In this document: positions 1 to 23,179 of the stretch, one piece after another | Numbering within the stretch: the first letter of the stretch is position 1 | How the letters are laid out: every line of letters begins with the position of its first letter | From: Macrostomum lignano | Taxonomy: Eukaryota | Reading direction: 5' to 3' | DNA: 64,000 nt | Assembly: GCA_002269645.1 (NCBI GenBank) | Contig: NIVC01001686.1 | Span: 62,001-126,000 of the forward strand | Program-made: the position numbers and the translations under genes | Notes under the pieces: generated by a model | What the model was told of the DNA's origin: nothing | The model's input: the letters and a program-made list of their open reading frames with translations, nothing else | Database searches by the model: none

Positions 1-3000
1 AGGCCCTGGCATAAAATGATAAACCCGAACGCCTCTGACAAGTTGTCAATGCCGACCAGTTCAATGCCGATGATTGATCGAAGGGCAACGAAAATGGCTG
101 AAATTGGCAGCATATACTCACGGCATATTGACAGGCCTATCGTAGGATTGTAGCAAATGCTCAAGACCGTATAGAATGATTGGTACGAGAGTGTCTTAGG
201 AAGAATAGAACAGCGAGGATAGAACAAAGACCAAAATGAGTTGAGGACAAAGTTAAAACCAAGAAGAGTTAGAGGATACAAAGACCAGGAAGAGTTAGGT
301 GGCACATAGACCAGCAAGAGAAACTATTAAACAAAGACTAGGAAGAGAACGGAGGACACAAGGATCCGAAAGAGTTAGCGGATACAAAGTCCAAAAAGAG
401 AAAGAAAGGACACAAAGACCAGCAAGTGTTTGAAAACACAAAGACAAGGAAGAGAGCGGTGGACACAAAACTAATCAATAAATTAAAAACGCAGAAAAAA
501 CAGGTAAGAATTGCCAATTTTCTGGTTGCCCCCTCATACGCACCGATGCAGCTCCCAAACACCACACACGCCATCACCAGCAGAGCGAAGCTCCGATACA
601 GAACAAAAAATCCAGTAGCGATTCCACCAATAGTCAACGAGAAGCTGTTAATCAACAGACTGTCGGCCCAAGGTCGATCAGCCACCCAGCCAACAAGAAG
701 GCGAGACACGAGGTTCACCCAGCCGGTGACGGAGATCAAGTCCTGCGGCGCCGAGTCTCTCAGCGACAGAGACTTAGCGTACACGGGTATGTAGGTGAAC
801 GGAATGTAGAATCCTGTGGGATGCGGTAACGAACGAATGCAATAATTTTAAGAATTGAGTAGCAATCTGAAATTCATTTAGCATATCGCAAAGTACTATC
901 TGAAGCTAGGAATAGGAGTTTCTCGGAAGCCTCACCGGCCATGCAGAGGAAGCAGGCTGCTCCATAGATGGCCAAAGCTGGATTTCCTCGCAGCAGCCGG
1001 AGCAGTTTCAAAGCCTCCCGGCTCAGTCGTCGAAGTCGAGCTTTCAAGCTGTCATTCTCATCGTCGGCTGTTGAAGCCTGCGGCATCTCCTGCGAGGCCT
1101 CCAGTCGCAGAATTTCATCTCGAAGTACGTCTAGGTTAGTTGTAGAAGCGGCCGCCGCAGCCAACTGCCAGTCGCTGCCACCGACTGAACGATATTTCGG
1201 TCGAGAGATGTCGATCCGGTGTAGTCGACGTTGGCGATGCTGCTGAACGTTCGATGCACTACTCTGGGCGAGGCCTGTAAGGCTGCTGCGATTTGAGTAA
1301 GTATTTGATGCGATGCTTAAATTCTGAGAGGTGATTCATGAGGTTCTCTACGTTGCTTTGCACGAAACCTAAAACCCTCCAGAGTGCTCATCTGGAAGTG
1401 ATTCATGAGGTTCTCTACGTTGCTTTGCACGAAACCTAAAACCCTCCAGAGTGCTCATCTGGAAGTGATTCATTCATGAGGTTCTCTACGTTGCTTTGCA
1501 CGAAACCTAAAACCCTCCAGAGTGCTCATCTGGAAGTGATTCATTCATGAGGTTCTCTACGTTGCTTTGCACGAAACCTAAAACCCTCCAGAGTGCTCAT
1601 CTGGAAGTGATTCATGAGGTTCTCTACGTCGCTTTCCGCGAAACCTAAAACCCTCCAGAGTGCTCTGCATGATCTATTAGGCTCTCTACTGTTTTTTATC
1701 ATGTCTGAAGCATAATTCCTAAGTGTTTTGAGCGATAATAGCACCTATGTGTCGATTTCAGTCTTCTCTTGAAGTTTCTAAACAAGTTCAGTGGTTGCTT
1801 TATCAAGCTAGGACGGCAATATTAAACTAGATCGGAACTAGCCATGAATAGCTAGAACAACCATACCTCGCTGCATCAGCCTGTTGCTGCTTCTGCTGCT
1901 GATTCTTTGTAGCCGGTGGCTGCTTCTGCGGCTGCGTATGAAGATTCAACAACAGCATTGGCTGCGAGCCAGTCGTGTCGCCGCCACCGGCGCCATGGAC
2001 TGTCGGTAGGCGAAATCGATGCTGATGCTTGGCAGATGTTGATGTTGAAGAAATGCGCCAATCTGGTAGGCTGAGATAAAAAGCGTCGCTGTTGCTTCGA
2101 GTGTTGGCCTCGGCGTCAGCGGTCGGCTGTAGCTCTACAAGATCAGCTGTGTCCGCTGTGTCATCCGGGTCGGGGTTCACAATGATGGTGGCCTCGAGCG
2201 GTCGGAGAAGTGCCCCGAAGACAACTCCGTTTAGTGCGATGCCTGTATCATCGGATAAGGAGAAAAACTTATGGTAGTAGCAAGCATCAAATGTTCGGCA
2301 TAGTTAAACTTGATCTGAGGCTCCCGAAGTCCTGGCTTTCTGTGATTTGAGGCTCCTGAAGTGCTGTTACCTGTGACCTGAGGCTTCCAAAGTGCATTGT
2401 GTAAGTATAGCTTTATCAGTGATTTGAGGACTTAAAAGCGCATGGTACAATTTATTTTGTATTAAGCGGCTCTTGAAGTTCCTGACTATCTATCTGAGAT
2501 TTGTATATCCCTAATACTTAATTATGGTATTAGCTAGCATTCAGTGTTCGGCTCTCTCAGTTTTCAACACGTTTTACAACCCCATGAGGCCCTGTGGCAT
2601 AGTTTAACTTGACCTGAGGGTCTCAAAGAGCTGACTAACTGTGATCTGAGGCTCCCGATGTGCTGGCTTTCTGTGATTTGAGGCTCCCGAAGTGCTGACT
2701 AACTGTGATCTGAGGCTCTCGAAGTGCATTGTGTAAATAGTTTTATCAGTGATTCGAGGCCTTAGAATCACATGGTACAATTTAATTTGCAATATGGGGC
2801 TCCCGAAGTGCCTGACTATCTATCTGTGATTTGTATCTACCTATACCTAAACTTGACATAGCTCAACAAATGACCGTCTCACCTGCCACAATAAGTGTGG
2901 CGCCTCTCCAGGTGAAAGTGTCAATGAGGAATTCTGCCAGGTAGGCGAAGACAAAAGCTCCGACTCCCGAGCCGCACACCGCAATGCCGGTTGCCAAGGC

Positions 3001-4230
3001 GCGGCGCTTGTCAAAATACTGGCCTACCATGACCAGAGCCGGCAGGTACATCATGCCGAAGCCAAATCCTGCAGCGAGTGTTTCGAAAGCAAGTCCGAGA
3101 GTTCATTTGAGGTCAGTGTGCAAATATCAAATCTGAATACAAATCATAATCGTCATAATTTCAATCATAATCCCCAATGACCCAGCTGAGTCTCACCGCC
3201 CAGAAAACCGTAGGTGAGGATCAGCAGAGACACAGAGTTGGCCACCACAGCGCACACGCAGGCGCCGCAGGCGAGCAGGCCACCGAACATGGACACTTTG
3301 CGGCAGCCGAATCTGTCGCAGAGGAAACTCACGAATGGGCCTGTCGAGGCGGATGTACGACAAAGATGTTGGTGTCTTGAGTATCCAGATGCAGTTCAGG
3401 GTATTCAAGCTGCTGTAACAAACTATTCAGGTATCCAGGGTAATTATTCAGGTATCATGGTAGTTTTTCAGGTATCAGGGTACTTATTCAGGTAACGAGG
3501 GTTTAATTATTCATGCATATGGAGTAGCTATCCAGGTATCCAGGGTAATTATTCAGGTATCCAGGGTATTTATTCAGGTATCTAGAGTAATTATTCAGGT
3601 ATCTAGGGTAATTATTCAGGTATCCAGGTTTAATTATTCATGCATCTAGAGTAGCTATCCAGGTATGTAGAGTAATTATTCAGGTATCCAGGGTAATTAT
3701 TCAGGTATCTAGGGTAATTACTCACGTGTCAAGGGTAATTATTCACGTGTCTAGGGTAATTATTCAGGTATCTATGGTAACTATTCCGGTATCCAGGGTA
3801 ACTATCCAGGTATCCAGGGTAATTATTCAGGCATATAGAGTATTTGTCCAGGTATTCAGGGTAATTAATTATTCAGGTATCCAGGATAATTATTTAAATA
3901 TCTTGGGTAATTATTCAGGTATAGCGTAATTATTCGGGTATCCAAGGTACTATTCAGATGCCAAGATACTATTCAGACACTACACAAGTACAGCTAATAA
4001 AAGTACATCCACTGACCAATAAACATGTACATCCCATTGTACACGCTACCAATCCAAGCCGTCTTAGCCTTGGACTCTTGAAAGTACTCCAAGAACTCGT
4101 TGTAGAACAGGCCAAATGAAAAGCTGATGCCGTCAAGAATGACGCCAACCATGAAGGCTGAAAATGTCACCACCCAGCCGTAGCCGCCATCGAGTGGGAT
4201 TCGAACCACGGCCTCACCTGTAGACTGCAT
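1..4230 (-). CDS. SLC16/monocarboxylate transporter (MFS) family gene, 3'-truncated at window edge; coding exons 4230-4017, 3340-3197, 3068-2883, 2242-1867, 1285(or 1282)-936, 813-544, 97-<1
   Basis: Family motifs PLDGGYGW (TM1) and YFDKRRALATGIAVCGSG (loop 4/5). All six introns are GT-AG and phases chain correctly (1,1,1,2,1,1). The last visible exon reads AIFVALRSIIGIELVGIDNLSEAFGFIILCQG, typical of MCT TM10-11. Confidence 0.92.
1331..1665 (+). repeat. 67-bp minisatellite, about 5 copies, in MCT intron 4
   Basis: Unit GTGATTCATGAGGTTCTCTACGTTGCTTTGCACGAAACCTAAAACCCTCCAGAGTGCTCATCTGGAA starts at 1331 and recurs at 1398 onward, with small ATTC insertions. Confidence 0.9.
2299..2830 (+). repeat. 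Diverged ~300-bp tandem duplication with internal TGAGGCTCCCGAAGTG subrepeats (MCT intron 3)
   Basis: CATAGTT(A/T)AACTTGA...TGAGG blocks start near 2299 and 2598 and share downstream sequence (TTTATCAGTGATT, CATGGTACAATTTA). Confidence 0.75.
3420..3950 (+). repeat. Degenerate 21-bp minisatellite GGTATCCAGGGTAATTATTCA (MCT intron 1)
   Basis: Over 20 imperfect copies visible. Confidence 0.9.
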
Positions 4231-4461
4231 CTTTTGACTTTCTTCAGTGCAGGATGAAGGAGAACTTTTTGAACAATTGTTAGTTCCAATTAATAATCTA
4301 AACTGACATGCAAACCACGGTCTGCATTGTAAAATAATAAAACACCTTTATCTGGAGTGTCAGGTGTCAAATTTACCGAATTCTTATATTGCAATTGCCT
4401 TTATAGAAGCAACAGACTGAGGGGTGCAAAGGTTCCTGATAACAGTGAATGACTTGTGAGA

Positions 4462-7174
4462 AGCAAGTTTAGTGTTGAGTACCGCACCGTTGCTCTTATC
4501 GGAATTAAACAATCAGGCTGCTTTGATCTTGCTTTACATTGTCCTAGTCAATTGTGACTCCGAGTTCACCGGAAAATGACATTATTCTGTATGTGGACAC
4601 TAGAACAGACACTAGGACAGACACTAAGACAGACACTGGGACAGACACTGGGACAGACACTGGGACAGACACTGGGACAAACAGTAGGACAGACAGTAGG
4701 ACAGACACTGGGACAGACACTGGGACAGACACCATGTTAACTAGATTTACTAGATTAACTAGATTAACACCATGTTAACTAGACAGACACTAGGACAGAC
4801 ACTGGGTCAGACACTGGGACAGACACTAGGACAGACACTGGGACAGACACTGGGACAGACACTGGGACAGACACTAGGACAGACACTGGGACAGACACTG
4901 GGACAGACACTAGGACAGACACTGGGACAGACACTTGGACAGACACTGGGACAGACACTAGGACAGACACTGGGACAGACACTGGGACAGACAGTAGGAC
5001 AGACACTGGGACTGACACTGGGACAGACACTGGGACAGACAGTAGGACAGACAATAGGACAGACACTGGGACAGACACTGGGACAGACAGTAGGACAGAC
5101 AGTAGGACAGACACTGGGACAGACAGTAGGACAGACAATAGGACAGACACTGGGACAGACACTAGGACAGACAATAGGACAGACACTGGGACAGACAGTA
5201 GGACAGACAGTAGGACAGACACTGGGACAGACAATAGGACAGACAATAGGACAGACACTGGGACAGACAATAGGACAGACAGTAGGACAGACACTGGGAC
5301 AGACACTGGGACAGACACTGGGACAGACACTAGCACAGACACCATGTTAACTAGATTAGCAATCCATTCGATTCCTTCAGCAATATCCTGAACAGATTAG
5401 CGATCATAATCATGAACTGTGAGAGGCTGGCCATATCAAATTTCCTTTCTAAACTGATAAAACCGAAAGCATTTCGCAGCTGAGCTGAGATTGCCAACAC
5501 TCGCCACAACTTGCTGGTGGCTCCCGGAACAGAGATTTGCATTGTAAAAGTGCTTTTCCTCTCCTCTCCTGAAAGCGACTATCTGTTTGTCGAATTCACT
5601 CGCTGTCGACAGCTTCAGAGCTTTGCCTGTTACCCCCCTCCCTGCTCCAGAAGATCAGCAAGTTTAGTGTTGAGTACCGCACCGTTGCTCTTATCGGAAT
5701 TAAACAATCAGGCTGCTTTGATCTTTCTTTACATTGTCCTAGTCAATTGTGACTCTGAGTTCACCGGAAAATGACATTATTCTGTATGTGGACACTAGAA
5801 CAGACACTAAGACAGACACTAGGACAGACACTGGGACAGACACTGGGACAGACACTGGGACAGACACTGGGACAAACACTAAGACAGACACAGGGACAGA
5901 CAGTAGGACAGACAGTAGGACAGACACTGGGACAGACACTGGGACAGACACCAAGTTAACTAGATTTACTAGATTAACTAGATTAACACCATGTTAACTA
6001 GACAGACACTAGGACAGACACTGGGACAGACACTGGGACAGACACTAGGACAGACACTGGGACAGACACTGGGACAGACACTAGGACAGACACTGGGACA
6101 GACACTGGGACAGACACTGGGACAGACACTAGGACAGACACTGGGACAGACACTGGGACAGACACTGGGACAGACACTAGGACAGACACTGGGACAGACA
6201 TTGGGACAGACAGTAGGACAGACACTGGGACAGACACTGGGACAGACACTGGGACAGACAGTAGGACAGACACTGGGACAGACAGTAGGACAGACAATAG
6301 GACAGACACTGGGACAGACACTAGGACAGACAATAGGACAGACACTGGGACAGACAGTAGGACAGACAGTAGGACAGACACTGGGACAGACAATAGGACA
6401 GACAATAGGACAGACACTGGGACAGACAATAGGACAGACAGTAGACAGACACTGGGACAGACAGTAGGACAGACACTGGGACAGACACTAGGACAGACAC
6501 TGGGACAGACACTAGGACAGACACTGGGACAGAGACTGGGACAGACAGTAGGACAGACACTGGGACAGACACTGGGACAGACACTAGGACAGACACAGGG
6601 ACAGACACTGGGACAGACAGTAGGACAGACACTGGGACAGACACTAGGACAGACACTGGGACAGACACTAGGACAGACACTGGGACAGAGAATGGGACAG
6701 ACAGTAGGACAGACACTGGGACAGACAGTAGGACAGACACAGGGACAGACACTGGGACAGACAGTAGGACAGACACTGGGACAGACACTAGGACAGACAC
6801 TAGGACAGACACTGGGACAGACACTGGGACAGACACTGGGACAGACACTAGCACAGACACCATGTTAACTAGATTAGCAATCCATTCGATTCCTTCAGCA
6901 ATATCCTGAACAGATTAGCGATCATAATCATGAACTGTGAGAGGCTGGCCATATCAAATTTCCTTTCTAAACTGATAAAACCGAAAGCATTTCGCAGCTG
7001 AGCTGAGATTGCCAACACTCGCCACAACTTGCTGGTGGCTCCCGGAACAGAGATTTGCATTGTAAAAGTGCTTTTCCTCTCCTCTCCTGAAAGCGACTAT
7101 CTGTTTGTCGAATTCACTCGCTGTCGACAGCTTCAGAGCTTTGCCTGTTACCCCCCTCCCTGCTCCAGCAGATC
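4462..7174 (+). repeat. Tandem segmental duplication (copy 1 4462-5656, copy 2 5657-7174), each copy carrying GGACAGACACTG 12-mer arrays
   Basis: Near-identical unique flanks in both copies (AGCAAGTTTAGTGTTGAGTACC... at 4462 and 5657; ...CCTGCTCCAG(A/C)AGATC at ~5641 and ~7160). Only the array lengths differ substantially. Confidence 0.92.
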
Positions 7175-7414
7175 AGCCGTAGAGGCTCGCGCGGCCGCAC
7201 CGTCACGCAATTCAAACAGTTTTTTCCCCTAGAGGGGGAGAAAAAGGCTTGGCTTGGCCCGCGTGTCCTTGGGGTTGGCTGCGTGCTTCGCCAGCACCAA
7301 GTTTTTGCCGGCGCCTCGATCCCGCGGTTTGCGAAACGCAAGGAGAACGCGGAACCAGAAGCTGGATAAACTAATGGCTCTTCACAGAGTGGCGACTTCA
7401 CACCTAAACTTAAC

Positions 7415-7612
7415 AAGACCTAAACTTCACACCTAAACTTCACAATCCTAAACTTCACAAGACCCAAACTTTATGAGACCTAAACTTCACAAGACCTAAA
7501 CATCACAAGACCTAAACTTCACAAGACCTAAACTTCACAAGACCTAAACACTTCACAAGACCTAAACTTAACAAGACCTAAACTTCACAAGTCCTAAACT
7601 TCACAAGACCTA
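7415..7612 (+). repeat. 16-bp minisatellite AGACCTAAACTTCACA
   Basis: About 12 imperfect copies. Confidence 0.88.
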
Positions 7613-7899
7613 ATAGTTAATGCAAGTTAAGATTTTCATCGACATTATCAATGCTCAAAACAGGTGAAGTTTAGGCTCTTGTAAATTCTTAGAAATGCAC
7701 TATAAGCTTATAAATTTTATGAAAATGTTAAGGCATTTGGGGGAAGGCCCTTGACTCCAAGTTGTAGTAATGGGTCTCTTTGGCCGTGGTCTCGCCGCGT
7801 GTTTTACTTTTACTATCAGGAAAATTAATTTTAACGCCAGGGTTAGGAGACAGAACTCCAGCTGGCTGCAAAGCGCGCTGTTTGAAACCAACTGCTCTC

Positions 7900-8420
7900 T
7901 TGTTGTCACTCTCTGTTGTCACTCTCCTACGAGTATTCTCACTCTCTTATGGTCACTCTCTGTCGTCACTCTCTGTTGTCACTCTCTGTTTTCAATCTCC
8001 GGTGTCACTCTCTATTGTCACTCTTTGTTGTCACTCTCTGTTGTCACTCTCCTATTGTCACTCTCTGTCGTCACTCTCTGTTGTTACTCTCCGTTGTCAC
8101 TCTCTTATAGTCCCAGTTTAGTATCACTCTTGTCACTCTCCTATTTTCACTCACAGTTATCACTCTCCTATTGTCACTCTCTTATTGTCACTCTCTTGCT
8201 GTCACTCCCCTATTGTCACTCTCTTATTGTCACTCTCTTGTTGTCAGTCTGTCAGTCTCGTATTTTCACTCTCGTATTTTCACTCTCCTATTGTCACTCT
8301 CCTTTTGTCACTTTACTATTGTCACTCCTATTGTCATTTCCCTATTGTCACTCTTCTATTTTCACTCTCCTATTGTCACTCTCTGTTGTCACTCTCCTAT
8401 TTGTCACTTCTCATTGTTCC
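7900..8420 (+). repeat. Degenerate TTGTCACTCTC-core repeat
   Basis: TTGTCACTCTC(C/T) recurs throughout; it generates the spurious LSL/VVT/CHS ORFs. Confidence 0.85.
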
Positions 8421-8969
8421 TCGTCATTTTATCTGTTGCATGCAGTTCTGTATATTTAAATCCTACACATTGTCACACTGCATTGTCATTCTATTGTCAA
8501 AAAGTTCAAATCTTCACTCTTCATTGGCACTAGCTCCAGTATCCATTAAGAACACTAAATACATGTAAAAGAAAAAGTTTGAAGAAATCCTAGTGTGCAG
8601 CAGCTATTAGCAAAAATTTTCCCACTTGCCCATAACTGGAGTGGCGCCACTCCACCCCCCCCCTGGTCCAGTTTCATATTTTTCTCTGCTTTCATCAAAT
8701 TTCAATAGCTTGGCCAAATATCGCAGCAGCCAGGATCGACCGAGTTGACATCGGCTCCGTCCCGGTGATTAATCAAATCCTGTGCCCATAGAGCAGAGGC
8801 GACTCAGCGCCGCCACACCAGCGCTGTGTGTGGTTTCCTGATATTGGCCTTTTAACAATGAACTGCTCCCGAGACAGGAGACTCTCAGGAAATACTGTGA
8901 GGTCCTGAGTCATTTGTCTTTTACTCTCTACTGGATCCCATTGCTCACATCCTGTGCCACCGCCCCCTC

Positions 8970-9545
<576 letters not shown>

Positions 9546-9819
9546 ATATATCACAGATGCCTTTCATTTTTTCTTTGTTCGGTAATTACCGGAAAGGCAG
9601 CAGGCGCTGCATCAAAGGAAAGTCTGTAAAGAGTTCTTAAAAGCCAAAAATCAGATCAGATCCAACTTATTCAGTGCGTCTGCTTTTAGAAAATTGGAAA
9701 ATTCAAAGGTAGAAGTCGATTGCGAAGAAAGGATAGGAATTGTTTACAACTCATCAACCACGAGGACTTCTATAGGGATGGGATGCCCGAGTATTTATGG
9801 ATTATATGGATAGCATTTT

Positions 9820-10040
9820 CAGACAGACAGACAGACAAACAGCCACTAAGACAGTCAAACAGAATGGCAGACAGACAGGCAAACAGAATGGCAGACAGAC
9901 AGGCAAACAGAATGGCAGACAGACAGACAAACAGAATGGCGGACTGACAGGCAAACAGAATGGCAGACTGACAGGCAAACAGAATGGGAGACAGACAGGC
10001 AAACAGAATGGGAGACAGACAGGCAAACTAAATGGCAGGC
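9820..10040 (+). repeat. 20-bp minisatellite GACAGGCAAACAGAATGGCA
   Basis: About 9 copies following a short (GACA)n seed. Confidence 0.88.
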
Positions 10041-10431
10041 AATCAGAAAACAGCACCAGATGCCCGGGCGGCTATCAGCTTTCAAAGGGTCAGTGCGGTT
10101 CGCTGCCAAAAAGGCGGACTTATAGCGTCGGGCCCGGAGCAGTCTTTATCTTAGCGTGAAATACGAGCCCTTCGCGGGCTCTGCACGGGGCATTTCGCGC
10201 ATTCCCAATGCATGGAATATTAAAGAAGGCCAAGCAGTGCCTGCAAACCGAAGGGGAGGATGCAGTGTCGGGGATTAACGGCGGCAGGAAGGGGAATATT
10301 GCCCGACAAAATGCACATATTTTTAACCCCCAAACTGCGAACTGCACTGTATAAGCATACTGGCAGAGGGCCTTAGCACTGAGCAGATCTATTCAGTGGA
10401 ATGTCTGATGTACTACTGAGCGTTTCTGGGT

Positions 10432-10757
10432 CCCTCTCGCTGCACCCTCCATCCCGCCTCTCTACCCTCTCGCTGCACCCTCCATCCCGCCTCTCTACCC
10501 TCTCGCTGCACCCTCCATCCCGCCTCTCTACCCTCTCGCTGCACCCTCCATTCCGCCTCTCTACCCTCTCGCTGCACCCTCCATTCCGCCTCTCTACCCT
10601 CTCGCTGCACCCTCCATCCCGCCTCTCTACCCTCTCGCTGCACCCTCCATTCCGCCTCTCTACCCTCTCGCTGCACCCTCCATCCCGCCTCTCTACCCTC
10701 TCGCTGCACCCTCCATCCCGCCTCTCTACCCTCTCGCTGCACCCTCCATCCCGCCTC
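10432..10757 (+). repeat. 33-bp minisatellite CCCTCTCGCTGCACCCTCCATCCCGCCTCTCTA
   Basis: Period 33 (TGCACCC at 10441 and 10474), about 10 copies. Confidence 0.93.
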
Positions 10758-11162
10758 TCAGACACTGGGACAGACAGTAGGAAATTCACTAGGACACTGG
10801 GACAGACACTGGGACAGACACTGGGACAGACACCAGGACACTAGGAAAGCCACTGGGACACTGGATCAGACACTGGGAAAGACACCAGGACACTGGGAAA
10901 GACACCAGGACACTGGGAAAGACACCAGGACACTGGGAAAGACACCAGGACACTGGGAAAGACACCAGGACACTGGGAAAGACACCAGGACACTGGGAAA
11001 GACACCAGGACACTGGGAAAGACACCAGGACACTGGGAAAGACACCAGGACACTGGGAAAGACACCAGGACACTGGGAAAGACACCAGGACACTGGGAAA
11101 GACACCAGGACACTGGGAAAGACACCAGGACACTGGGAAAGACACCAGGACACTGGGACAGA
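10758..11162 (+). repeat. GGACAGACACTG 12-mer grading into a 20-mer GACACCAGGACACTGGGAAA array
   Basis: 12-mer units at both ends, with about 14 near-perfect 20-mers between them. Confidence 0.93.
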
Positions 11163-11827
11163 CGGTGTCAGAACGGGCCATTCAAGCTAATCCATCTCCT
11201 ACGCCTGAAAGCAATCGATTTGGAATTATGTTCCTATCAGCCAATCAAAAGCCTTCAGCTGGCACATGGCAGTTTCCAGAAAATATTAAATTGTCCAGGA
11301 TTTTGGCCCCCTGTTCCGCAGCTCATCGAACCAGCTTCTGTCGGCCGTCTGTGACCAGCAATTCTTAAATAAAAGCAAATTTTCGATTAGGAAGAAAATC
11401 GTCTTTGACTTACCTCGAAAATATCGATAATTAACAGGCAAGCAGATTCTTAATTACCATTGAGTGTCAAAAATACGAGTGTCCTAACTCATTAACACTT
11501 GGGTCATCTGCTTTCTTATAGTTCCACTCGACCCCATAGGCCAACTTATGCTAATGTACATGCGAGCATTCATACTTATCGTGCTGGATGCTTTCAGCTG
11601 TACACATTAAACAAATTGCATTGACGTAGTAAGCTATGCTCTTTTTGTGAAAATCTAAACAAAAGAGGCTTGCTAAAAAAATTACTATGCTCGTGAATAA
11701 TTGTACTTTTTATGTCTGTCTGTCCTAAGTTTTCTGGCTGACTGTCGCACTGTTTATATAATTACTTAGCACTAAACATCCATAATATCCAAGTTGCCCG
11801 TCTCAGTAGCTCCCCTATTATTTCTTA

Positions 11828-12570
11828 GTGTGTGTCCCAGTGTCTGTCCTAGTGTGTCCTAGTGTCTCCCCTAGTGTCTGACCTAGCGTCTGCCCTAGTG
11901 TCTGACCCAGTGTCTGTCCCAGTGTCTGTCCCAGTGTCTGTCCCAGTGTCTGTCCCAGTGTCTGTCTCAGTGTCTGCCCCAGTGTCTGTCCCAGTGTCTG
12001 TCCCAGTGTCTGTCCCAGTGTCTGTCCCAGTGTCTGTCCCAGTGTCTGTCCCAGTGTCTGTCCCAGTGTCTGTCCCAGTGTCTGTCCCAGTGTCTGTCCC
12101 AGTATCTGTCCCAGTGTCTGTCCCAGTGTCTGTCCCAGTGTCTGTCCCAGTGTCTGTCCCAGTGTCTGTCCCAGTGTCTGTCCCAGTGTCTGTCCCAGTG
12201 TCTGTCCTAGTGTTTGTCCCAGTGTCTGTCCCATTGTCTGTCCCAGTGTCTGTCCTAGTATCTGTCCCAGTGTCAGAGTATTTCCCCTTGTCTGTCCCAG
12301 TGTCTGTCCCAGTGTCTGTCCCAGTGTCTGTCCTAGTGTCTGTCCCAGTGTCTGTCCCAGTATCTGTCCCAGTGTCTGTCTCAGTGTCTGCCCCAGTGTC
12401 TGTCCCAGTGTCTGTCCCAGTGTCTGCCCCAGTGTCTGTCCCAGTATCTGTCCCAGTGTCTGTCCCAGTGTCTGTCCCAGTGTCTGTCCCAGCTAGTGTC
12501 TGTCCCAGTGTATGTCCCAGTGTCTGTCCCAGTGTCTGTCCCAGAGTCTGTCTCAGTTAGTGTCTGTCTT
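11828..12570 (-). repeat. GGACAGACACTG 12-mer array in inverted orientation
   Basis: (CAGTGTCTGTCC)n on + is the reverse complement of the arrays at 4.6-6.9 kb and 10.76 kb. Confidence 0.95.
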
Positions 12571-12909
12571 ATTCTCACTGTGCCCCTTAATACATATAAG
12601 CAAGACACCTCATGAGCTGAGAACTCTCCTGTCCCAACGGAGAACAATATTCATACCGCATCAAATTCCTTGTTAAATCCACCAGAGAAAGGACTGGCAC
12701 ACGGTTACCTGTCTTCTGAATGAACATTTCAAACCTAATGACATACAATAGCAGTCATAATCTCGCTGAATTGTGTAAGCCCATTTCCATCAGCAGGTGC
12801 TGATTAAAGCAGGCAAATATTCTATTTGACAATATCCACTCCATGCGAATATTCAAAGCATTGTATACTGCATGGACTATCAATAAATCGTCCTTGACGC
12901 TTTCAGGTC

Positions 12910-23040
<10,131 letters not shown>

Positions 23041-23179
23041 GGCCTTTTCGAGCAGAGCTTTCGCGAGTTCGAATAGCGATTGAGGGTTCGAAAATTTGTG
23101 GTTGGGAGATGATTGACATGTGTGGCAGTTGGTGTGGACACCGGTTCAATTTTGCAATGAGTACCTACAGTCAAGGGAA

